Assembly (NCBI GenBank): GCA_044356215.1
Contig: JBIKWQ010000020.1
Location: 1-46,095 of the forward strand
Direction of reading: 5' to 3'
Source of the DNA: Bdellovibrionota bacterium
GTDB taxonomy: Bacteria; Bdellovibrionota_C; UBA2361; OMII01
Length of the DNA: 46,095 bases
How positions within the stretch are numbered: position 1 is the first letter of the stretch; each line of letters starts with the position of its first letter. Shown piece by piece: positions 38,348 to 46,095 of the stretch. The position numbers and the translations under genes were made by a program. Under the pieces are notes generated by a model that did no database searches, was not told the DNA's origin, and was given only the letters and a program-made list of their open reading frames with translations.

Positions 38348-39874
38348 TCAGCGAGCCCTGCAGAAAGATAAAAATTTTTCAATCACAATCTCTCGACGCT
38401 TCAAGGGCGGCATAAACGCAAATTCAGCTGGTGTGATGTCGTCAAGCAACAACTCAAGGCATTCTAATAGAGATCCCTTTTCACATATTTCATATAGAGC
38501 CATCGGCGCGCATCCGGCGAGTGATTTAAGCGCATGAGCAAACATCAGTGTTTTGCCATGGGCAACTTCGGACCGATGGGAAGAATGAAACGGAAAAAGC
38601 TCAGGGTGCTTAGCACTATAGGGGTTTTGCAGCACTACCTCGGGAGCATCAAAGCAGATTCGTGCTTTAAGATCGCAAGGGTCAAAGGTCCATTCTCTCG
38701 TTTGAGCAAGTGCCGTTCGGGGATAGACCGTTAACGTATTCAGCGCGATACTGCAACCGCGAATTACTCCTGCCAAGGCTGTCGCAACGGTATCCACAAA
38801 GCGCTCCTGCCCCTTTTCAGGCTCTTCAAGCAGAAATGCCAAGTTAGGCGTAATTTCGTGGGCTAAACAGAGATCGATGCGGCTTAGCAGGTCGTGCCGA
38901 GAACGAAATTGGCCCTTTGCAAATTCACGACGAGCCTCTGGGTGGACTGCATCGACTCCCACATACAAAGAAGTACAACCTGCTCTGGCCAAGGCCGCGA
39001 CCACTGGTTCATTCAATTGCGCGAGGGTTGCATAGCAGTTGAACGTCAAGCCTAATTTAGCCGCGGAAATCTCTTTACAAAGCTCTGCTGTTTCTCTCGG
39101 ATAGTTAACAAAATTATCAGTGACGATGAAAAGGTGCCTCGCTCCCACATGTGCGGCAGCAGCCAGCTCCTGAATAAATCGGGCAATTGACGGCGCCCTT
39201 TCGCCCCGACCAAAATGTTCGGGTGCATAGCAGAAGCGGCACGCGTAAATACACCCTCTTCTTCCGGCCTCAAAGTCTAAGACCCTTCGATGATTTACAG
39301 CGAAGTACCGTGACAAGCTAACAAGATCGTATGCTGGCTTTGGAACATCGTCGGGAGCTACAGGGGCTCTCTCTCTTCTCCGTAGCGAGTGTCCCCGCAT
39401 GAGAATGCCCGGGAGACGCAGGGTAGAAATATCCTGCCCTGCTCTGAGGTGTCGTAAGCACTGGAGCAGAGTATCCTCCGCCTCGCCCAAGAATACGGCA
39501 TCAACCCATGGATAGTGCTGAAGCAACGCCTCAGCAACAGCGGAGAAATGTGGACCTCCAAAAAAATGTAGGATCGATGGATCCGCGCATGAAACAAGCT
39601 CGGCGATCTTTAGAGAGACGTGTCCATTAAGCCCCATGCTGGTGCAACACACAATTTTAGGAGACTTTTCCAAGATAATCTCCGTTATCCAAGAATAGAA
39701 CTCCTCGCTGTGTTGTGGCGCTTGCTTATCTAAAACCTCCAGGCCCAGATCCAGAATAATAGGATCACATTCAGCCTGTCGCGCAATCGAGCCTAGAAGA
39801 AGCGCCCATAGAGGAGGAGCTAGATCGTGCGTATCGCTTTGCAGAGACGGCGGATTGATAAAGACAATATTCAT
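38348..39874 (-). CDS. Cobalamin-binding domain radical SAM protein
   Basis: N-terminal B12-like domain (INPP, FFGGPH, GEAE); RGCIYACRFC CxxxCxxC; TDNF; AGC..LYVGVD. Confidence 0.88.
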   Translation of the reverse strand: MNIVFINPPSLQSDTHDLAPPLWALLLGSIARQAECDPIILDLGLEVLDKQAPQHSEEFYSWITEIILEKSPKIVCCTSMGLNGHVSLKIAELVSCADPSILHFFGGPHFSAVAEALLQHYPWVDAVFLGEAEDTLLQCLRHLRAGQDISTLRLPGILMRGHSLRRRERAPVAPDDVPKPAYDLVSLSRYFAVNHRRVLDFEAGRRGCIYACRFCYAPEHFGRGERAPSIARFIQELAAAAHVGARHLFIVTDNFVNYPRETAELCKEISAAKLGLTFNCYATLAQLNEPVVAALARAGCTSLYVGVDAVHPEARREFAKGQFRSRHDLLSRIDLCLAHEITPNLAFLLEEPEKGQERFVDTVATALAGVIRGCSIALNTLTVYPRTALAQTREWTFDPCDLKARICFDAPEVVLQNPYSAKHPELFPFHSSHRSEVAHGKTLMFAHALKSLAGCAPMALYEICEKGSLLECLELLLDDITPAEFAFMPPLKRREIVIEKFLSFCRAR

Positions 39875-39894
39875 GGAATCGCGAGATCGTGAGC

Positions 39895-40353
39895 TTAACT
39901 AACTGAACAGCTAGTCGCATGTGGAACAAGGATACACAGTTCACGGGGCGACAGTGAGATAACCGACCGGGGCGTACCTGCCGCAACATGGATCGTTTCA
40001 AATTTAAGTAATTCCACGTCAATGATAGTCTTAAGCATTTTGGGATGCCCAAATGGTGGGACCCCACCAATTGCATAGCCGGTGTGCTCTTTCACAGCAA
40101 CTGGAGCAGCAATTAGAATTTCTTCCCCAACGATGCGCTCAATTTTTGATTCCAGTATTCTATTGGTTCCACATGCGACAACGAGTATTACTTCATTACT
40201 CTGCGCGCCCATAAATACGACCGATTTTCCAATTTGTGCCTCACAACATCCAAGAGAATGCGCTGCTTCCACAACAGTGCGAGTACTAGAGTTAAAATAT
40301 TTAATGCTGCGGTGCACTCCACTCCGCTTTAGTGCTTGCTCAATAAGTAACAT
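39895..40353 (-). CDS. YbaK/EbsC aminoacyl-tRNA deacylase family protein
   Basis: T.TVVEAA..LG...QIGKSVVF, TGYAIGGVPPFGH, AAG. Confidence 0.9.
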   Translation of the reverse strand: MLLIEQALKRSGVHRSIKYFNSSTRTVVEAAHSLGCCEAQIGKSVVFMGAQSNEVILVVACGTNRILESKIERIVGEEILIAAPVAVKEHTGYAIGGVPPFGHPKMLKTIIDVELLKFETIHVAAGTPRSVISLSPRELCILVPHATSCSVS

Positions 40354-40546
40354 CGCTAAACTCCTCCGCTTTGTTGATATGGGAGTGGTGCCGCGTGTTA
40401 GCGACCGCGATTGTCTCCTGTCGACACACCCAGTTAGCTGACCCTAGAAGAATCGCGGCCTTAGCCTCAATTTCCTGGATATCTAGTGGTTTGATTCCTT
40501 TCAGAATCTCGCAAATCCTATCTTTAGATCCCTCTTTGTTTTCCAT
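40340..40546 (-). CDS. 68-aa small protein (peptide or truncated gene) heading the YbaK-rSAM operon
   Basis: Strong AAGGAGG SD 4 nt before ATG; stop overlaps YbaK start. Confidence 0.5.
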   Translation of the reverse strand: MENKEGSKDRICEILKGIKPLDIQEIEAKAAILLGSANWVCRQETIAVANTRHHSHINKAEEFSDVTY

Positions 40547-40615
40547 GCTGCCTCCTTATGTCACGACGCAATTGTAGGTGAATACGGATGACAAGGATAG
40601 TTTTATCTATTATTA

Positions 40616-40635
40616 TTGACGGTCAAACTCCGTCA
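40616..40635. promoter_or_regulatory. Candidate operator palindromes before TrmB-3
   Basis: TTGAC-G-GTCAA and TGACGG-N7-CCGTCA overlapping. Confidence 0.4.
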
Positions 40636-40650
40636 TCAGGTAAGGTTTAA

Positions 40651-41406
40651 ATGTACGACGAACTAGCCCATGCTCTAGGATTAAAGGAAGCTGAAGTCAC
40701 GGTATTCACCGCGCTCATTGGTCGCGGAGCGCAACCAGCGACTCGAATTGCGCGGTGGTGTAACCGCTCTCGCAACACCGTCAGAGGAATTCTGGACAAG
40801 CTTTTCTATGATGGATTTATTTCTCGTACCAAAAGGGGAAATGTCCATCTATACGCCGTGGAGTCAGCGGAAAGAATGAGTCAGGTACTTCGTAGCAAGA
40901 TGGAGTTGCTTCGTGATGAGATGCAAGGTCGTCTTCAATGCGTAGAAAAGTACGCTGAGAGCCTGAAGCATCAGAAAGCTTCAAGGCGACCGCAAATCAC
41001 TTTTTATGAGGGGTACGACGGACTGATGAGGGTGTATGAAGATACACTGACATCATCCGAGACACTAAGGTCTTGGGGCTCGTTTGACGCAAATCAAAGG
41101 GCTCTACCGGAGTACTTCAAAAATTACTACAAACGGAGAGCTAAGCGAAAAATTCATATTCGGTCGATTCACCCCGACACCCCTCTCGCTCGTCGAAAGT
41201 CACGTGATAACAAGGCAGAGCTACGCCGAACCCTCCTCGTTGATTCAGGTCGGTTCTCTATCCAACCGGAAATTCAGGTGTACGATAGTAAAGTCAATAT
41301 TGTTTCCTGGAGAGAAAAACTAGGGATTATCATTGAGAATGATGAGATTGCAGAGGCGATGAAACAGATCTTCGATCTTTGCTTTAACGCTGATAAGAAT
41401 AAGTAA
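40651..41406 (+). CDS. TrmB-family transcriptional regulator
   Basis: LGLKEAEVTVFTAL...RSRNTVR.IL..L...GFI; RPQITFYEGYDG; YYKRRAKRKI; EIQVYDSKV; IFDL. Confidence 0.88.
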   Translation: MYDELAHALGLKEAEVTVFTALIGRGAQPATRIARWCNRSRNTVRGILDKLFYDGFISRTKRGNVHLYAVESAERMSQVLRSKMELLRDEMQGRLQCVEKYAESLKHQKASRRPQITFYEGYDGLMRVYEDTLTSSETLRSWGSFDANQRALPEYFKNYYKRRAKRKIHIRSIHPDTPLARRKSRDNKAELRRTLLVDSGRFSIQPEIQVYDSKVNIVSWREKLGIIIENDEIAEAMKQIFDLCFNADKNK

Positions 41407-41531
41407 AATTCTATCCTTCTGGCGACTCGTTTAAGATTCCTACGTACTGAGCGCGTGAATGTTTGGGGTTATAAGATACTCTATCTCTGAACGACACTGT
41501 TTGATGCTTGGAAAACTTGGGAATCACTTCC

Positions 41532-41770
41532 TTACCCAGGACCCGACTCTTCAGGTATAAACTCGTAGCCGTGTCTCCCATAAAATGCTCGGGCTGTCCG
41601 AGTACTAACCAGCTTTAGCTCTCTTACTCCCCACTCCTTAGCTTTAGATTCTAGAGCGCTCAGGATCGCTTGCCCCACACCGCGTCCTTGCCAAGATGGA
41701 TCTACATAACACAGGTCAAAACTTCCACTCTGACGAACGGCACCAACGCCGCAGACTGAAAAGACATCCT
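41532..41770 (-). pseudogene. GNAT acetyltransferase C-terminal fragment
   Basis: Reads VCGVG...LCYVDPSWQGRGVGQAILSALE...STRTARAFYGRHGY; no start, upstream stop. Confidence 0.75.
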
Positions 41771-41847
41771 AGCTGCGGGATATTTTTTTACCACAAAGGA
41801 CCCAAAGGACTCAAAGGCAGAAGCCGCAGCGCCTTTTCTTTTTACTT

Positions 41848-42285
41848 TTACTTCCAACCAACCGCCTCACAATACGTATCAGAATAGAAAGCATCTGGTT
41901 GGCTTGCCCATTTATCTATCTCGGCGGCTACCGCTTCGACATCATCATCCTTGCACATCAGACCATTCGCTAACGCTGTAGTCGAGAATCCCTGAAGCTG
42001 TGCTTTACGAAACTAGCGCAGAGACTCACCTCTTCTTTTGCGCTAGCTGTCCAAGAGGACTCAATCACCTGGCGCGACGGCTCTCGCGAATCCAAGGGTT
42101 ATAGATCCTGGGCCACAACCAACATCAAGCACTTTCATGCCCGGCTTTAAGTGCCGGAGAAAAAACGCGCCCTCTCTCTCGGCTGACCTCAGCGCCATCA
42201 CAGCCTCGAAAGCAGGATTATCCTGCTGTGAGTAACGCTCTTGTCGCGTGTTTGTGGTGACTTTTGAATGATCTTGATTTCTCAT
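41848..42285 (-). pseudogene. Class I SAM methyltransferase, internally deleted, copy 1
   Basis: N-terminal VLDVGCGPGSIT joined out of frame to C-terminal ...YCEAVGWK*. Confidence 0.78.
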
Positions 42286-42627
42286 AAATTTAGCTTCGCC
42301 ACCTCCAAACACTCCTCAGCTATGGCTCGCCTATCACTTAAGCGCGGTAGCTAAGTTTAATTTTGTTTTTAGATTCTCGCGCCACGCTGGCCCACCGTCC
42401 CATTCGATCTCTTCTGATAGGTCAGTAACGCCTGAGTCGAGCGCGATTAGGGCGTTTGTGATCTTAAAGATCGACATCGGTCTTCGGCGCGTATTTAGTC
42501 TATCTAATCCGCATCCAAGAACCTCTTCTTTTCCGGCCTCTTCGACTAAGCAGATGCCTTTCTCTCCCCTTCTATCAAAGGCAGCTTGAAAATCTGGGTT
42601 GGATTTAAAAATCGTGCTAGTTGGCAT
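42282..42627 (-). pseudogene. Class D beta-lactamase-like gene, internally deleted
   Basis: PMSIFKITNALIALDSGV (SxxK), WDG; then stop; out-of-frame tail RRAIAEECLEVAKLNL* overlapping the next ATG. Confidence 0.65.
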
Positions 42628-42718
42628 GGGCTATATAATAAGACTGCGGGTATATTCTATACCACAAAGGACCCGAAAGACTCAAAGGCAGAAGCCGCAG
42701 CGCCTTTTCTCTTTACTT

Positions 42719-43143
42719 CTACTTCCAACCAACCGCCTCACAATACGTATCAGAATAGAAAGCATCTTGTTGGCTTGCCCATTTATCGATCTCGACGGCT
42801 ACCGCCTCGACATCATCCTTGCACATCAGACGATTCGCTAACGCTGTAGTCGAGAATCCCTGAAGCTGTGCTTTAAGAAAACTAGCGCAGAGACTCACCT
42901 CTTCTTTTGCGCTAGCTGTCCAAGAGGACTCAATCACCTGGCGCCACCGCACGAGCAAATCCAACAGTCATGGAACCCGGGCCACAGCACTTTCACTCCC
43001 GGCCCTAAGTGCCTTAGAAAAAACGCCCCCTCTCGCTGAGCAGTTCGTAGCGCCATCACAGCCTAAAAAGCCGGGTTTCCTTTTTGCGAGTACCGCTCGG
43101 AACTCGTAGCGGAGCTGGTATTTGTGTTGTTTTGATTTATCAT
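42719..43143 (-). pseudogene. Class I SAM methyltransferase, internally deleted, copy 2
   Basis: Homologous to copy 1; extra stop and deletion in motif I; same junction GCGCCAGGTGATTGAG. Confidence 0.75.
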
Positions 43144-43197
43144 GAGTTTAGCCTTGCTAGCTTACTTGAGATTCTCCTCTTCTTGGAGAGCGGCGTG

Positions 43198-43581
43198 CTA
43201 CTTGTCTTGAGCTTCCAGTTTTTCGTTTACGACCTTAAAGACCGTTGCTTTGAGTTTTGAAGACCCTTCGGGGGAGATTTCAACTCGTCCGGATGCTCCA
43301 TGGTAACCCCTCACTGTGTAGAGACTATTTTTAATCGCTTCCCCCGACCGACCACCCTCTGCAATCGCCTTCGCGAGCAATTTAACACCATCGTATCCTG
43401 CTGAGACGAAGAGAAGGGAGGTTGGAGATTCTCCCTTGTATCGAGCCTTGAATCGTTCCAGTAAAGCCTTAGCTTCGAGCGTTTTCGGGTCATTAATTAC
43501 TTTCCGTACAGTAGAGCCATTTTCCCTACCACATGACGCCCATGCGGTTAATGCCGCTGATATATCAGGGAAAGCCACCAA
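43198..43581 (-). pseudogene. C-terminal fragment of LivJ/K-type ABC substrate-binding protein
   Basis: RFKARY, AGYDGVKLLAKAI, GYHGASGRVEI; lacks signal peptide and N-lobe. Confidence 0.65.
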
Positions 43582-43628
43582 AAACTCGCGTAAGCGAGGT
43601 TTTGCCTCGCCTCCTTAGGTATATTTAT

Positions 43629-43937
43629 TTAAGCCGCTATCTTTGTTCTTAAAACAGAGAGCTTCACTTCGTATCCAAGAGCTGCAAGAATTCTGATGAG
43701 CCGGTCGGAGGTAACATGCTGAAGGTTTCTATTGAGAATAGAGGTAATGCGGCTACGGGAAGTTTTAGCTCGCTTGGCGATCTCTGCATGAGTCAGCTTT
43801 TCTCTTTTGACCGCCGCAATCAGGGCGGAGGCAAGCTCACTTCTCGCACGCCATTCGTGAGCAGCAGTTGCTGGGAGACCAAGCACCTTAGTGAGCTCTG
43901 TACCATTTCGCGCGACGACAACTTTTTGCTTAGCCAT
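43629..43937 (-). CDS. XRE/HigA-type HTH antitoxin
   Basis: LTHAEIAKRAKTSRSRITSIL..SDRLIRILAALG; overlaps toxin gene. Confidence 0.85.
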   Translation of the reverse strand: MAKQKVVVARNGTELTKVLGLPATAAHEWRARSELASALIAAVKREKLTHAEIAKRAKTSRSRITSILNRNLQHVTSDRLIRILAALGYEVKLSVLRTKIAA

Positions 43938-44256
43938 GTCCCATCTCCTTTAAACGCTTCCGACCCAACTCGATATCCAGGGGGAGAGTCTTTTGCGTCT
44001 TTTTATTGAATACATGAACCACCAAGATGCCCTCACTCGACCTAGTGAAGTAGAAAGCTCGGCAAATCCCATCTCGTCCCTTAACGCGCAGCTCTTCCAT
44101 TCCCGGAGCCACGCTCGTCATTGGCCTTGATAGTGGCATTGAGAGCTTGTACCCCTGCTGAAGCAGAAAGAGCGCCTGACCAAGGTCATCTTTAATCTGA
44201 TCGGGAAGCTGCCTGATGGCTTCCCTCGCTTTTGGATGAAAGATGACCTTCTTCAT
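43930..44256 (-). CDS. RelE/HigB (Gp49-like) toxin
   Basis: MPLSRPM..VAPGMEELRV...R.FY, VHVFNKKTQKT. Confidence 0.88.
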   Translation of the reverse strand: MKKVIFHPKAREAIRQLPDQIKDDLGQALFLLQQGYKLSMPLSRPMTSVAPGMEELRVKGRDGICRAFYFTRSSEGILVVHVFNKKTQKTLPLDIELGRKRLKEMGHG

Positions 44257-44263
44257 TAATGTA

Positions 44264-44283
44264 ATGTATCAAATTTGGTACAT
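44264..44283. promoter_or_regulatory. TA operon operator palindrome
   Basis: ATGTATCAAA-TTTGGTACAT (9/10 inverted) just upstream of the toxin start. Confidence 0.6.
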
Positions 44284-44436
44284 ACACATCAAGTAAAAAC
44301 TTATTTCTTAAGGGTTAGTCAGCCCTCGAGTGAGAGATCTCAGTAAAGAGGGGTGGTGCTTATGTGCCACTGAATTAAGCTGCCTTATCGGTTCCTGCCA
44401 CGCGGAGATCTAAACTATCTAACTCATTAAGGTTAA

Positions 44437-45243
44437 TCATTTCTGAATCGCCCTCGCTACCCCCTCAACCGCCCCTGGCTTACCAAAAGCGGCGTGATAT
44501 AGGCGCGGCCCACTATCCGGCTCATCTCCGCCAAGCTCTCTGTAACTTCCGCCAGCTCCTTTAATCAGGGCTTGAGTAGCTGAGATATCCCAGATCTTAA
44601 GATTATACTCCACCATAACTGCAAGACACCCACGGATCGCAAGAGAATGCGCATACACATCGTAGTAGATCCTTGAGTGCGGGTGGAATTTTAAAATCGT
44701 ATCTAACACTGATAAATGCCCGCCCTTAGAGAAAGTTGCTGAGCAATTTGTCGCTATAATATCATTCGGGGTCAGACCCGCTTCTGGAATGTCATTTAAA
44801 CTAACTCGCTCCCCATTATAGAAGGTTCCTATGCTCGGGCCGCCTCGCAGAGAGTCGCCTAATACCGGATGATCGATCCACCCCAGAATTGGCTCACCTC
44901 TGTAGAGTAGCCCTAGGATCGTCCCGAAGGTCGGTATCCGATTGATTAGATTCTGCGTGCCATCGATCGGATCTATAGTCCAGGTGAATTCCGATTCGCG
45001 ATTATCCCAACCGAACTCCTCGCCTACTATTCCATGAGATGGGAATCTTCGCCTAACGCTCTCTCTAACTAGCTCCTCGCATCGAAGATCAACATCGCTT
45101 ACGGGGGTCTGATCATCTTTTAGCTCTGAGTGAATCGAGCTTTTATTCCAGAGCGACAGGACTAGCTTGCGTGTCTGTTTAATCAGAGAGTCGCCAAATT
45201 CAGTAAATTCGGTAAGGTTATTGAGGTCGTTAACTGTTGGCAT
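44437..45243 (-). CDS. Inositol monophosphatase family (possibly histidinol-phosphatase)
   Basis: GEEFG, WTIDPIDGT, WDISA motifs. Confidence 0.88.
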   Translation of the reverse strand: MPTVNDLNNLTEFTEFGDSLIKQTRKLVLSLWNKSSIHSELKDDQTPVSDVDLRCEELVRESVRRRFPSHGIVGEEFGWDNRESEFTWTIDPIDGTQNLINRIPTFGTILGLLYRGEPILGWIDHPVLGDSLRGGPSIGTFYNGERVSLNDIPEAGLTPNDIIATNCSATFSKGGHLSVLDTILKFHPHSRIYYDVYAHSLAIRGCLAVMVEYNLKIWDISATQALIKGAGGSYRELGGDEPDSGPRLYHAAFGKPGAVEGVARAIQK

Positions 45244-45248
45244 AGTTT

Positions 45249-45635
45249 TTAACCCGCGGCTGCGGTGTCTTGGCTAAATACGTTATTCCAGTGTGAATCC
45301 ACCTTTTGCCAGAGAGAGCTGACATACATTCTATCTGGAGGGCTCTCTGGAGAAGCGCTGACTCTCTCCCAAACTGCTAGGTATAAAAGCATTACTAGGG
45401 ATTCAGACAAAACGAGAATTCTTGGCTCTTTGATTTCGTATCGACGAGCCAAAGGCCCTTTTCGTAATGGCTCGCAGTGCTCATCTCTATCAGAGAAACC
45501 AGTTGAATAAACTCCGATGAAGTTAGGCGCCAGCACTCGCCTGTCCGCCTCCGCGTCGCCGGCGATAAAGGCTTCCCAAACTTGAGATTCGAGAGCAATA
45601 AAATAATCGACTGTGAATTGTTCCGCTTTATTCAT
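45249..45635 (-). CDS. DUF4440/NTF2-like protein
   Basis: LESQVWEA...GD, F.GVY, MYVSSLW, NVFSQDT. Confidence 0.78.
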   Translation of the reverse strand: MNKAEQFTVDYFIALESQVWEAFIAGDAEADRRVLAPNFIGVYSTGFSDRDEHCEPLRKGPLARRYEIKEPRILVLSESLVMLLYLAVWERVSASPESPPDRMYVSSLWQKVDSHWNNVFSQDTAAAG

Positions 45636-45639
45636 TTAA

Positions 45640-45810
45640 CACTCTACCCCCGACCGCGCTGAACGCGCTGATTTCCTTGTCATTGGTCCAAATAGGTACA
45701 CCTGAAATTAACGCGGACACAAGTAGGTGAGCATCCACCCTGCCGATTTATTTGCCCATCAGCTTACGCGACTTGACAAGCTCAAGGACCTCTTTATGTT
45801 CAGCGATCCA
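45640..45810 (-). pseudogene. VapC/PIN toxin remnant
   Basis: Reads AEHKEVLELVKSRKLMGK*IGRVDAHLLVSALISGVPIWTNDK; internal stop at 45748-45750. Confidence 0.7.
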
Positions 45811-46013
45811 TGCATATCATTGAAGTTTCAAATTATTCAACGCTACTTTTACCTCCCCTCTGAGACCTCTCTGGTTTCACCTAATACAAGGAGCCGCTGT
45901 AGGCCACGCTTCTCAGAGGAAATGAGCATGAAAAAATAAACCACAGAGAGAAGGCAAGAGGTACACAGAGGTGAGAAATCTTGGACCTAAAAATAGGGCA
46001 TCGCAGTTCTTTA

Positions 46014-46095
46014 TCACCACAGAGGACGCAGAGGACACAGAGAACGGCCATTTTATGGGCAATTATGGGGTTTTCTCTGTGTCCTCTGCGTCCTC
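46014..46095. repeat. REP-like CACCACAGAG hairpin repeat (runs off window)
   Basis: GAGGACGCAGAGGACACAGAGAA arm pairs with TTCTCTGTGTCCTCTGCGTCCTC. Confidence 0.85.

Noticed and set aside
41773..42944. DGR template/variable repeat pair
   Set aside because: Differences include indels and are not adenine-restricted; no reverse transcriptase
45727..45939. 70-aa plus-strand ORF
   Set aside because: Opposite strand carries a recognisable VapC remnant, and the rest is REP-like sequence

Overview
A bacterial chromosomal window with housekeeping genes interrupted by two accessory zones. It looks Gram-negative (AsmA-like, M23 and MltG envelope genes), but the taxon cannot be fixed from sequence alone. 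Core genes: a minus-strand moxR-DUF58-vWA-vWA cluster (172-6627), a minus-strand ruvX-mltG-low-complexity membrane protein unit (24456-28122), and a plus-strand run of M23 peptidase, cinA, phoH, ybeY, lipoprotein, GT2, AsmA-like, metallophosphoesterase and NUDIX (28395-38164). Zone 1 (~6655-24440) starts with two TrmB-family regulators, each divergent from odd enzyme cargo: PRTase + non-canonical LDH/MDH-fold enzyme, and cupin + phage-type PLP enzyme with an SSS transporter, the latter bracketed by a 74-bp direct repeat. It continues with an RNA ligase bounded by a repeated GTAACTA(A/C)TC core that also occurs as an 'empty' element at 31396-31488, a truncated AbiEii-like toxin, a type I R-M system carrying a PrrC-type anticodon nuclease and DinD, and a TM-HEPN-like protein. 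Zone 2 (~38300-46095) holds a third TrmB module (small ORF-YbaK-B12 radical SAM), a run of decayed or internally deleted genes, a RelE/HigB-HTH TA pair, an IMPase-family gene and REP-like repeats. No rRNA, tRNA or CRISPR array was recognised. All family calls come from motif recognition by eye, not database searches.
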